A DNA stretch of 64,000 bases from NCBI RefSeq assembly GCF_028641065.1, contig NC_073385.1, positions 45,074,001 to 45,138,000 on the forward strand, written 5' to 3'. Made by a program: the position numbers and the translations under genes. This DNA is from Leucoraja erinacea. Its lineage: Eukaryota. This document shows, in pieces, positions 24,330-35,880 of the stretch. How positions within the stretch are numbered: position 1 is the first letter of the stretch; each line of letters begins with the position of its first letter. The notes beneath the pieces are model-generated. The model saw nothing but the letters and a program-made list of their open reading frames with translations. It was not told the origin of the DNA and searched no databases.

Positions 24330-24700
24330 ACTGGTTTAGTTAATTACTGTCACGTGTACTGAGGTACAGTGAAAAGCTTTTTGTTGTGTGCTATCCAAAC
24401 AAGACTATACCCGATTACAATCCAGCTGTCCACTGTGTACAGATAAAGGATAAATGGTGCAACATTTAATGCAAGATAAAGTCTGATTAAAGATACTTCA
24501 AAGGTCTCAAATTAGATAGTTGTGGGAAGGTCAGAATTGCACTCGAGCTGGTGAGAGGACCGTCCAATTGCCTGATAACAGCTGGGAAGAAAATTTCCCT
24601 GAATCAGGAGGTGTGCATTTTCAAACTTCTGTGCTTCTTGACTGATAGGAGAGGGGAGAAGGAGTGACTGGGGTGAGATTCATCCATGATTATGCTTGGC
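24330..24700 (-). mobile_element. Rex1/Babar-like LINE 3' end
   Basis: Homologous to 21810-22170. Confidence 0.72.
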
Positions 24701-24964
24701 CAGTGCCTTCCAATTACAAACTTTTAGCTCATCAAGAATCTCAATCACAGTTTCTTTTGTTGAGACTCGAGCTACATTTCACTCCTTGACTACTCAATTG
24801 GAACCATAGCCAATGTCCTTCGTCTCCACGAGTCAATTTCCAGTCCAATATCTTATCAGCTCCACAATCCTTTCTTACAATACTTTTTGATTTACTTACC
24901 CATATAATATTTTGGATTCCCTTTTATGTTTGTGGCCAATCTTTTCACATGCCCATAAATGTCT

Positions 24965-25092
24965 CACTTGTAAATTGCCCCTATAGTGTAGGATGCGAAA
25001 CTAGGATGACATAGAACTAGTGTATAGGTAATCGATGGTGTGGATTCGCTGGGCCGAAGGGCCTGTTTCCAGGCTGTATCTCTAAACTAAAT
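24965..25092 (+). mobile_element. SINE 3' fragment
   Basis: gtaaattgcccc...gggccgaagggcctgtttccaggctgtatctctaaactaaa. Confidence 0.75.
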
Positions 25093-25645
25093 TAGAAGTA
25101 AACTAAGTGGAGCAAGTACTTGGTTTTCACTTTCATCATCAAGCCTGGCATCTGCTGTGCGCTTCTCTTCTCTGTTCTGATTTAATCTCTACTTCTGTTT
25201 TGGTCATCCACTGAGCTCTGACTTCAGTTTCCCTCATGGGAATGTAATTCAATTGTGGCTGAAACATCTGCACTTTAACAGGCTTCCTCTGTTCAATTAC
25301 ACTTTTTGCCTGCCCAGCACTGAATTCAATTCATCCAACCTAGATTTGTTCTCATGCCAATGAAATTGGCCTTTATCCAATTGATTAGTTTTACCTCAGA
25401 GAGGCTGAGATTATTTCCCATGGCTATTCTACACGTGATATTATGATCGCTCTTTCCTAGATGCTCCCCCAGTGGTACTTGTTCCACTTGGCCTGGCTCA
25501 TTTCCCAGAAACAAGTCGAGCAATGCTGTCTTCCTCATTCAGCCAGAAACACACCAAAAGAGAATATTCTCCTGAACACCCTTCAGGATCTCATCCCTTA
25601 CTTAGTTCCTTAAGTTATTGCTGCTCCAATCTATATTCATGGAGT

Positions 25646-26068
25646 TTGGGGTGGCACAGTGGCACAGCTGGTAGAGTTGTTGCCTCGCAGTGCCAGAGAT
25701 CCGGGTTCAATTCTGACTACTCTCTGTATGGAGTTTATACGTTCTCCATGTGACCACATGGGTTTTCCCTGAGTACTCTAGTTTCCTCCCACACTACAAA
25801 GACATATAGCTTTGTAGGTTAATTGGCTTTAGTAAATTGTAAATTGTCCCTAGTGTACAGGATAGTGTTCTTCTTGTGTATGGCGTGCACAGCCTAAAGT
25901 TGTAGTTCAACTTGTTCTATTTGATCTATTTGTTTGTGCACGTCGGGTTGATTGCATTAGTTGAAACAGGGTGGACCAATCTCCCACCCCAGGATAGTGT
26001 TAATGTCCAGGGGTAATTGCTGGCTGGCGTGGACTCGGTGGGCCGAAGGGCCTGTTTCCATGCTGTAT
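25646..26068 (+). mobile_element. tRNA-derived SINE containing a nested 120-bp insertion
   Basis: Head ggggtggcacagtggcacagc, core and tail gggcctgtttccatgctgtat. Interrupted at 25870-25989. Confidence 0.82.
25870..25989 (-). mobile_element. Short unclassified retroposon with 12-bp TSD
   Basis: caggatagtgtt is duplicated at 25858-25869 and 25990-26001. The minus strand ends in a CAAGAAG(AA) tail. Confidence 0.7.
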
Positions 26069-26424
26069 TGCTGTGAAGCAATAATGGAATGACCTTAGTA
26101 ACTTTAAAGTCTCTTAACATTCCCATCACTTTAAACTTTAAAGTCCCTAAACTCATTCCATCATTGCTTCACTGTGTCCATTGTGCATCTCGGCAATTTT
26201 CCTGCAGATTTGCTTATCAATATCCCACCAGCTGGTGATCTACAGAACAATCCCAATGATCGTAATGAACCTTAACCAGTGAATATGAGGTCCACCAGAG
26301 GGTCCAGGCATGATGTGATGACACTAGTGTAGATGGGGCATGTTGGTCGACGTGGACAATTTTGGTTGATGGGCCGGTTTCCACGCTATCTGACTATGGC
26401 TCTATTGATGTATTCATTGTAAGT

Positions 26425-26880
26425 GACCAGTGATCACCCCGTACACTAGCACTATCTTACATACAATTTTTACCATAGTCAATTAACCTGAACTTCTTTG
26501 GAGTGTGGGAAGAATCTGGAGCAGAGAAAACCCATGTGGTCACATCAGGTGCAGGAGTAGGCCATTCGGCCCTTCGAGCCTGCACCGCCATTTAATATGA
26601 TCATGGCTGATCATCCAACTCAGTATCCCGTAGGACCCTCTGATCCCCTTGGCCACAAGGGCCACATCTAACTCCCTCTTAAATATAGCCAATGAACTGG
26701 CCTCAACTACCCTCTGTGGCAGAGAGTTCCAGAGATTCACCACTCTCTGTGTGAAAAAAGTTCTCCTCATCACAGGGAGAACATGCAAACTCCATACAGG
26801 CAACACCCGTAGTCAGGATTGAACCCGGGTCTCTGCCACTGTAAGGCAGCAACTCGACAACTATTCCAATATGTCGCCCC
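26425..26880 (-). mobile_element. tRNA-derived SINE with nested CR1 3' fragment (26545-26769)
   Basis: SINE ggtcaca|gggagaac is split, with tcaca on both sides. The insert encodes FFTQRVVNLWNSLPQRVVEASSLAIFKRELDVAL on minus. Confidence 0.82.
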
Positions 26881-26957
26881 GAACCCAATCCTACCTGAAC
26901 CCATTTCATTTCCCCCACATTACCCACCTCTAGATTCTACCCTTCATTAGCATACTG

Positions 26958-27150
26958 GGGTTAATTAACGTACCAACCTGCACGGCATTGGAATGGGGGC
27001 TGGAACTGGGGCATCCAAACGAAACAGAGTGCACAGTCACAGGGTGAACACGCAAACTCCACACAGAGACTACACCAGAGGTCAGGATTCAACTCAGGTC
27101 CACTGGAGCTGTGAGGCAGCAGCTCTACTAGCTGCACCACTGTGCCGCCT
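26958..27150 (-). mobile_element. tRNA-derived SINE, 5' two-thirds (divergent subfamily)
   Basis: Minus GGCGGCACAGTGGTGCAGC head and V-like core. Confidence 0.72.
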
Positions 27151-27349
27151 AAATAGGGATGAAGTGAATGTGTCACGGTTTGAACAACCAGCTATGTCTG
27201 TAATTCATTTGTAGCATAATATTGTAGCCCAATAAAGAACACAGTCTCCCAATTGACGATTTGGGATCATTAATCAGCAACATGCCACATTCAGTCCTTA
27301 GCTGGAACTATAATAGTGGATGCTAAAGACAGTCTTGAGACACTCGGAT

Positions 27350-28095
27350 TAAAACTGGAAATGTTCATTTCACTGGAGCAGGCGATTAGCTACAATAATG
27401 GACAAACCCTGAGAAAATTGGGCAGGAATGACATAAGTACATTAATACAATAAGTGGCAGGACCCTGAGGAGCATTGATGTACCAATAGATTTTAGGGTG
27501 CAAATCTATAGCTCCCTAAAAGTAGCAACACAAGTAGATCGGGTGGTAAAGAATCTGGGTGCTTACTTGTCCAACAGTCGGGGCACTGAGCATAAAGGTC
27601 GGGAGGATCTGATGCAGCTCCATAAAACTTTGGATATACATTTGGAGTATTGTGTTTAGTTTTGGTTGCCCCATTTCAGGAAGAACATGGAGGCTTTGGA
27701 GAGGATGGTTTGCATGATATTGTCTGAATTAGACAGCTATAAGGAAAGGTACACAAAAAAGCTGGAGAAACTCAGCGGGTGCAGCAGCATCTATGGAGCG
27801 AAGGAAATGGGCAACGTTTCGTGCCAAAAACCCTCAGTGTGAAGAAGGGTTTCGGCCCGAAACGTTGCCTATTTCCTTCGCTCCATAGATGCTGCTGCAC
27901 CCGCTGAGTTTCTCCAGCTTTTTTGTGTACTTTCGATTCTCCAGCATCTGCAGTTCCTTCTTAAAAACAGCTATAAGGAAAGGTTGGACAAATTAGTATT
28001 GTTTTATTTGCAGTGTCAGAGACTGTGGTTCAACTGATGATCATATATAAAATTATGAGGAACACAAATAGGATAGATAGTCAGAGTTTTTTCCC
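27350..28095 (+). mobile_element. Degraded CR1 LINE ORF2 fragment
   Basis: ttggagtattgtgtttagttttggttgcccc (LEYCV.FW.P) and collinear CR1-like sequence. Hosts the 27751-27966 insertion. Confidence 0.72.
27751..27966. mobile_element. Young Penelope-derived fold-back element with 18-bp TSD
   Basis: 73-bp inverted arms (27749-27821 and 27858-27930, one mismatch). acagctataaggaaaggt is duplicated at 27733-27750 and 27967-27984. Confidence 0.8.
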
Positions 28096-28107
28096 CATTT
28101 TTACATT

Positions 28108-28374
28108 TTTAGCGTTAGTTTTTGTTTTAGAGATACATCGTGGAAACAGGCCCTTTGGCCCATCAAAGACATGCCAACCAGTGCACACTTGTACACTAGT
28201 TCTATCCTGTAACCCAAAAACCTGCACGTCTTTGGAATGTGGGAGGAAACTCAAGCAGTCACAGTCAGGAAGAACGTACAAACTCCGTACAGACAGCACC
28301 CGTAGTCAGGATTGAACCCGGGTCTCTGGCAATGCAAGGCAGCATCTCGACCACTGCGCCACTGTGCCACCGCC
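28108..28374 (-). mobile_element. tRNA-derived SINE (HE1-like)
   Basis: Homology to the other copies, with an internal deletion. Confidence 0.82.
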
Positions 28375-28951
28375 TCGAAGTTTCTCACCAGCCACCCTTC
28401 CCCTCAAGATCCCTCAGTGACCTCACTGATCACCCCTCACTCAAGTTGCTTCATTGAGCCCAATCATTAGTCAAGTCAAGTCAAGAGAGTTATTGTCATG
28501 TGACCCAGATAGGACAATGAAATTCTGGCTTGCTGCAGCACAACAGGATATTGTAAGCATAAATACAGAACATTACTTTAATAGTAATGAGTAATTGGGG
28601 TCAAGGAAAGAGCGTTCACGTCACGGCCCTGTTTCCACCAATCTTTCCACCGCCACGCACAAGAAGCGACAAGACAGACACCATTGTGTGCAGATGCTGA
28701 GAAGTGTGTTCAACTGTGGCTGAACAACTTCTAATCTTGTGTGTGGACTCGATAAGAAGAAGAATGAGTAATTCCCATGGAGGTTGTTGCTAGTCACATG
28801 CTTGTTCTGCTGTTTCCTGTTCGCCAGCTCTGGGGGGCTTTAAAGGTGCTGTTGAATAGAGATGACTGCTGCCTATGTTGGGAATTCTGCCCCTTTGCTT
28901 CTGAGAGTCCCATCGGACCTTCACATGCTGAGACCTGCAGAGAGCGGTTCT

Positions 28952-29296
28952 AGGTTCATAAGTTATAGAAGAAAAATTAGGCCATTCGGCCCATCAATTG
29001 TATTCCACCATTCAATCATGGCCGATTTCCCCCTCAACCCCATTCTCCTGCCTTCTCCCCGTAACCCCAACACCCGTACTAATCAAGAATCTGTCAATAG
29101 CTGCCTTAAAAATATCCATTGACTTGACCTCCACAGCCGTCTGTGGCAATGAATTCCACAGATTCACCACCCTCTGACTAAAGAAATTCCTCCTTATCTC
29201 CTTTCTAAATGTAGGTCCTGTTATTCTGATTCTAGTTTTAGACTCAGACTCAGACTAGTGGAAACATCCTCTCCACATCCACTCCATCTAGGCCTT
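28952..29296 (-). mobile_element. CR1 LINE 3' end
   Basis: Homologous to 14406-14748. Confidence 0.82.
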
Positions 29297-29559
29297 TGTT
29301 TTGTTTCGGATTACTCAAAGGTTGCAGCACAACAGAATCTAACATCGCTGCTTGTGAAAGGTTGTTCTAATGTATTTCTTCCAGACCTTAATCTTCAACC
29401 TTAATTTCCCTCCCCCATGGAGCAGCTCTTAAACCATGATACACTTTGCTGGTGGCACACAGCCCTGTTGCAGGGATTTGGGATAGGATGGAGATGATGG
29501 TCTGAGTGGCGGATTGTTCTATGTTTTACCCCGAGGCATTTTCCATGGATTATTTCCCT

Positions 29560-32500
29560 CATGGAATATTCAGCCTGTCTGCAATCATTTGATAGGTTTA
29601 TATCTTGATATAATTTTTATTGATCAGTTGAAAATGCACAACTGTGGCACTCAATGTGAATGAAAGTTTATGAATTGGCATGTTCGATTTTAACAACTGC
29701 ATTTATCTGCATATTCTTGTCATCTTCATATTTAATCTCTTTCATTCATAAAGTAATTTTCTACCTCCCTAATGTACTATACTACCATAAATTAATCAGA
29801 ACAATTTGGCTTGTTTAAAGAAAATAACTTTGAACGGCTATTATTTAATTGATCTTTTAATTAAATGTGTTGATATTTATATCTTCCTAAATTTATCAAT
29901 ACTTAGATATTTTCAAATTAGTTTTTTTTAAATTGGTGCATAATTACAGCTCAAATGCACCGATTAGACTTATTTTAATAAATATTTTGTGCTCTAATAA
30001 ACTACTTGAACTAAAGTAATGAAAAAAATCATATGCAACAGTATTGAGGTAAAGTTAATTAAACTGTAATCAAGGGTTTTAGCATTAATTATTAATACGT
30101 TTTCAAAGAAAACATTACGTTTCAAAACTTCAACGCAACTTGTAATTCGATCCAGTAAACCTTACCCTAGACTTGAAATGAAATATATTTAATAAGAATG
30201 GTTGCAAAATAGACTTTTGTCTGTCGCTTATTATCATTTAAGTGGAACCTTTTGCGTGGGCAAGTAGATATTTTTAAAATCTTGTCAAAGAATAGGAAGG
30301 TGAGACAGAGTAATTACAGTTGTAGGAAATACAACAAATTAAATAATGCCTTGACTGTGAAAGCGTGGGAGTTGGTTGACAAGTGAATAAAAATAAAATA
30401 ATTTGAACCTTAACGATTGAACACCTTGCTTCATTCCAGAGGCAAACTTGACAATGGTTACAGTATGGCTTAATAAAAGTAGAATCACCTATTAGCAGAC
30501 TAAGTTTGGAGAGAAAATAAAACAAGCTCAACTTGATGGTGCAGTAAAGGGTTTCACATACTGTAATTTACACTTCCAAGTTTCCTTCAGTTATTCCAAT
30601 TAAAGTCATAGTACATTTTATTATTAATCTTCCCAAAGATAATATGGTCCAGTTATCATCAGCAGTAGGCCAGCTGTTAGCTGTCTATCAACCACCTGAA
30701 GTGGACAAGCTGAGCAGGAGCAAGAATGTCATTCCTTTGATCTGGCAAAGAGCAGCTGCTGATTTATGTACCAGGACTTTGTTCCTCTGTTCTATTTTAC
30801 TTTCTTTCCTAAGGCAGAACCATGAAATCTGGTGGAAAACTGCATTGTTCATTGCAACATCAACAAGCTCTGACAACTGCAACAGGCTTTCGTTGGCTTC
30901 AAGACAGCTCTCAGGCATCTCTTCTGATGCTCACCTTTCGAGATTCAGTTGTTATTGTTCAATTTAACTTCTGTACATTGAATGGACTGTGGCCAACACG
31001 CCTGGGGCATAAACACACCTGTATGAAAGGAGCCTTATTGTGGCAACTATCTCGTCCAAACTACATACATACTCCCCATTTCCATACTAAGAAAGAATGC
31101 TCCATCCTCCCCTATGGCACTTCTTGCCTGAAGTGCACTTCATATTTCTGCTGACCCGTAAAGCCTTATCCACAGTCAAGAGCATTTTTCCGTTTTTATT
31201 TATTAAGGCTATAAGACCTAAAGAATGGGGATTAGAGAGGTAACTTTATATTTGGCTGTCTGTCAGTCACAAAACAAAAATTCTCTCAGGATCCACAGAG
31301 CAAATCAGAGTGAAGTTTCCTTATTGGGATTAGTTCCATTAGCCCAGACCCAAACATTTTAGTTTGACATGTATATTGCTGAAGTAAATTCCACTCTTCA
31401 CCTCCACACATATCACCAGCACACAGCATTCAGTAGATGCAGCGTTAGGCCGACTTCTCATTTACAGAGTGCATGGTAGATGTTTTTGCAAAAAGATTTC
31501 TGGATGGACCAGTGAACGATTATCTTTGTAGATAAATCTGATGTGGTTAAGATGCTTCGCTATTAATCATCCATGATGATAAACTCTTAACATAATCAAT
31601 ACCTCACTTTTATGCGACGGTGTTAGATTACTTGATTGAATTGGAGATTATATTAATGGACTTAATAAATCCTGAACTCAACATGTAGAGCGATGAGTCT
31701 CAAATTTTATATTAAACACAAGACAATCTGGAGGTAATTATAGTTTTAAAAAAACATTGTGCACAACACAAGCAACTTGAAAATAGCTTATTATTTTGAA
31801 CATGGCTCTTCATATTACAGAGAAGTAAACCATATATTTGATGCCATCTTATAGTCAGCTGCTTGGTCTACCTTACAAATCTTTGAAACCACTAGTTCAG
31901 GTCAATAAACTGAAGTGCCTGACCTCCAACTACTCTTGCAAGTGTCATTTAGAATAAGAGCAGTGAATCACGAACAGAGTAGAAAATATCTCAATTATGG
32001 GACTGATTGACTCCATAGAGAGTTGTTGCTCTGTCATTACTGTAGACAGGGAGCAGCCTGTATTGTGTATTAGCAGAGTTTAAAATTATTTTCAGTGGAA
32101 CAACAGCAGGGCAATTCTATACAAGGGTAGAGTGATAATTATTTAATCAATATTGTCGAACATCATTCCTACATTCAACAGCCCCCACTCAGAGATAACA
32201 CAAAATACCAATTTCATTCTGCCTTAGTTTCTGCACTATTTACATAAGGATTTGTCTACAAGTTCTGATCTTCAGCAACCAAATCAAAATGTGCAACCAC
32301 AGTTTTGCAATGAAATTAAACTTCACTTTTTGTTTAAATGTGCACAATGTGAGATGTATTTTAGGGCACATCATGTAAAGCAAACACTCAACATGGGATT
32401 TGAATCAGAGTTAAATCTGTACCTACTGGTAGAGCACTGGATCAACCTGACTTCTTGCAGATCCCAAGGCAAAACCCACAAAGCCTAACTGTCAAGAAAA

Positions 32501-34560
32501 CGCAAATGAAAGGAGATACTGGTTGTAGAGTGGTGTGTCAGGTTCATCCCTGAGGCCAGCGAATTGTGTTTTCTGAGTCGTCTGACATTAATAGTGCATA
32601 GAGCTCTCCCTCCTTTACACTCATGTTAAACCTCAAGTATGTTTGTGCGAAAGCCTCTATCCTCTGACTATTTGTTTCAATTAATGGAATGGAATTAATT
32701 GAACGGACGAAGTTCTACTTTAAATTATCCGTAGATAGCACTCTTTGTATGCCCAACTTCTAAATAGAAAACCATTCCCTTGTGTGATTTACATCACACA
32801 TGATTTTACAATATTTTTCTTACTTGTACTCTCCAAACTTTGTCACTAAAACCCAAGTTTATCAATTAAATAAAAATCCATGCTAGTTTGAAGTGACTTG
32901 CCCAAATGACCCAGTCTCAGAGCAGAAGGATAAATGTGATATAATGAGCTATCACTGGTTTCCTAACATCTTTATGACTGATGTGCATTTTTCAAAATAG
33001 CTTCTTCTCCAGTTGCTGAAGTTGTATACAGTGGATTTACATAATACTGCCAAATATCAACATAATTAATGTGCACGTCCAAAATCCATGCCATTAAACT
33101 ATGTCAATACATTAGCTTTCCACAAAAAGCATGAATAATTTGTGCGCATTTAGGCAAGGTTAAATGATGGTAGCAGAACTAACCTAAAGAGGGTGCTATT
33201 TTAAACTTGTCAACCTCCCCCACTGGATTTTTCAACTTTCTTTATCCCCATTGTGGCCCTGATTATCGAACAAGTGACTTATCTTTCAGCATTTACAGAG
33301 AGACAGAAGGAGTCGACCTAAAGGCGCTATATAAATCCCATCCATTATTATTATTATTACTTTGATAAAACTTTCATATCCAGGCAAAGATAAAAGATAA
33401 TGGATAACCTTGAGGTGCTAGTTCCTAAATTTCTCAATATTTAACGATGTGAATTTTTTTTGCTGAAGAAAAGGGACCTGTGTATAATGAGAGGACTGAT
33501 TAGTACTTTTTAAAGCAAATTCTAAAATATAGTTAATCATTAGGTGCGCAACAAGATTGGAATATAATTTGAACATTTGGCTCGTATTTATGGGAATATT
33601 AAGCTGTTCCATTCCCCTTTGCAGACCTATAATGGTTTGACCAATAGAGACCAAGGTTTCACACACAGGGGATCAAAAACTGATGTCTAGACCTAACCAC
33701 TTAAGACAGGTGACTATTAGTCCTAGTCCCCATGGTGACTGCCTCTTAACTGTCTGTCTGGTCTACATTAATATCTTAAGATTTTTTATTTATAAACTCC
33801 AATCTAGAAAAGGTGCCAACTTAAGCCATTCCAACTGTGCTGCAGAGATTAATTTTCTGTAATACAAACATTTTATTTTAGTAACTGGCAGTCTTAAGCA
33901 AAAGTAAAGACTTCTCGTAGCAGCCAATGACAGTAGTTTTCCATTCCTGACATTTAGAAATTATAGAGCAAATCTCAACCATTAATTGGCACATTCACAA
34001 ATTACCATCCATATCAGACGATCCAGTGAGGTTTGATAACATTAGCCCTTCTGTGGAATCTTCTTTAATTCAATTTATCTTCACCTTCTACCAAATATGG
34101 TGTTCCACCTTAAACGTCTGTGTGCCACAAGCAGACTATATCGCTGCTTTGAGTGTTACTGATAGCCTTTATGAAATGTGTTCTCGCCTGTGAAGCCAGC
34201 AGGTCTTCTGTTTGGTAAACAACTACAAGCATTTCAAATCCCTTTTACACCATTTTCTCTCCTTTCTTCCTGACATAGTGAGTGCTAATTACATCCCTTT
34301 GAAAAATATAGTATTTTTGCACTATCTATACCACAGGAACAGTGAAAATGGATAACATGCCACGTATAATGGAAGGAATCTAAAAGTGAATTGATCGTTC
34401 TGGGAATTCTGTCCAATTGTACCCCAGGAGCGGGAGAGACTTGAAACGTTGCCAACTAGAACAGGTCAGCCAATGGTTTTTGCCCTGTCAGTTATAAAGA
34501 AGTCTTGCTAAACTCCCAGGGCTGTAAAGATGAGCGCTGGCTCGGAATAATGTTTAACCA
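29560..34560. promoter_or_regulatory. TE-free intronic block, candidate conserved enhancer cluster
   Basis: About 5 kb without a recognisable TE, dense in TAAT. CCTTTGATC (TCF) at 30734-30742 and TGATTTAT (PBX-HOX) at 30760-30767. Function is inferred only. Confidence 0.4.
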
Positions 34561-34597
34561 TATTCTACCAAGGGCAAATTAAACAGGAAAATAAGGT

Positions 34598-34960
34598 GAG
34601 TTTAGTTTATTGTCACATGTACTGAGGTACAGTGAAAAGCTTTTGTTGCATGTGAACCAGTCAGCGGAAAGGCAATACATGATCACAATGGAGCAATCCA
34701 CAGTGTACACATACAGGATAAAGGGAATAACGGGAATAACGTTTAGCGCATGATAAAGTACAGTAAAGTCCAATCAAAGATAGTCCGAGGGTCTCCAATG
34801 TGGTAGATAGTAGCTCTGGACTGCTCTCTAGTTGTTGATAGGATGGTTCAGTTACCCCATAACAGCTGGGAAGAAACTGTCCCTGAATCTGGAGGTGAGC
34901 GTGTACTTATGTACATTTCGCCCGATGGGAGAGGGGAGAAGAGGGAGTGGCCGGGGTGCA
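34598..34960 (-). mobile_element. Rex1/Babar-like LINE 3' end
   Basis: Minus frame HPGHSLFSPLPSG. Homologous to 21810-22262. Confidence 0.75.
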
Positions 34961-35207
34961 CTCTGGTCTCTTCAACAGAAAAACTACCACCAGTAAACCT
35001 TACTCGCAATTCAATCATGTTTTGGAAAAGGAACATCAGCAACAGGAGAAGCCCATTCAGCCCATCTTCACTCCTACATTGCCCTTTGGTTAGATCCTAT
35101 CTGGTCTTCATTTCAATTCTATTTGACTTGGCTCCGTCTTGCTCAATTTACACTTCCCTTCCAAAGTTCTACCAATCTCAGTATTCAAATTACAGGTTTA
35201 CATTAGC

Positions 35208-35480
35208 TTTAGTACTTTAGTTGAGAGATACAGCGCGGAAACAGGCTCTGCGGCGGTCCGCACCGACCAGCGATCACTCCGTATACTCATACTATTCTAC
35301 ACACTTGGGGCAATTTACAATTTTTCTGATGTCAATTAACCTACAAACCTGTACGTCCTTGGAGTGTAGAAGAAAATCCACATGGTCACAGGGAGAAGGT
35401 ACAAACTCCATACAGACAGTACCTCTAGTCAGGATTGAACCTGTATGGCAGCAACTCTAGTCCTGCACCACTGGCTGCCC
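35208..35480 (-). mobile_element. tRNA-derived SINE (HE1-like)
   Basis: Homology to the other copies. Confidence 0.8.
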
Positions 35481-35747
35481 CTCTACATTTCCCGATTTGA
35501 TGGTTTTAATTCTGGGTTCCATCATTTTCAATACCCTCTATCAATGGACATAGGTTTCCTACATCACGTCTGTAAGCTCCTTCCAACATTTTGAACACTT
35601 CAATTGTCCACATGCCCATTTATACCATTATACCACATTTATACCATTTATACCATGTATTCTTTATAAAGGATAAACCCTAACAAGTAAAAATTTGGAT
35701 TTAAAGTTACAGTGCCTTTTAATGCCAATCTATTTGAGCTTTTGTGT

Positions 35748-35880
35748 TAAAAATGGAATTAAATGGTTTAGAGGGATATGGGCCAAATGCGGGCTGGTGG
35801 GGCTAGTGTAGATGGGGAGTCTTGATCGGCATGGGCAAGTTGGATCGAAGGGCCTATTTCCATGCTGTATGACTCTATGA
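35748..35880 (+). mobile_element. CR1-type 3' tail fragment
   Basis: gagggatatgggccaaatgcggg...gaagggcctatttccatgctgtatgactctatga. Related pieces at ~26320-26405 and 42528-42640. Confidence 0.65.

Larger units (their letters stand above)
22590..25630 (-). mobile_element. Old, fragmented CR1-like LINE interrupted by younger insertions
   Basis: Minus ORF 25326-25538 (ALLDLFLGNEPGQVEQVPLGEHLGKSDHN) resembles the C-terminal part of the CR1 APE endonuclease. Collinear degraded RT-like pieces lie at ~22600-23080, 23385-23560 and 24700-24950. Confidence 0.6.

Noticed and set aside
35617-35657. Short tandem (tttatacca) repeat
   Set aside because: Three or four imperfect units, ordinary slippage.
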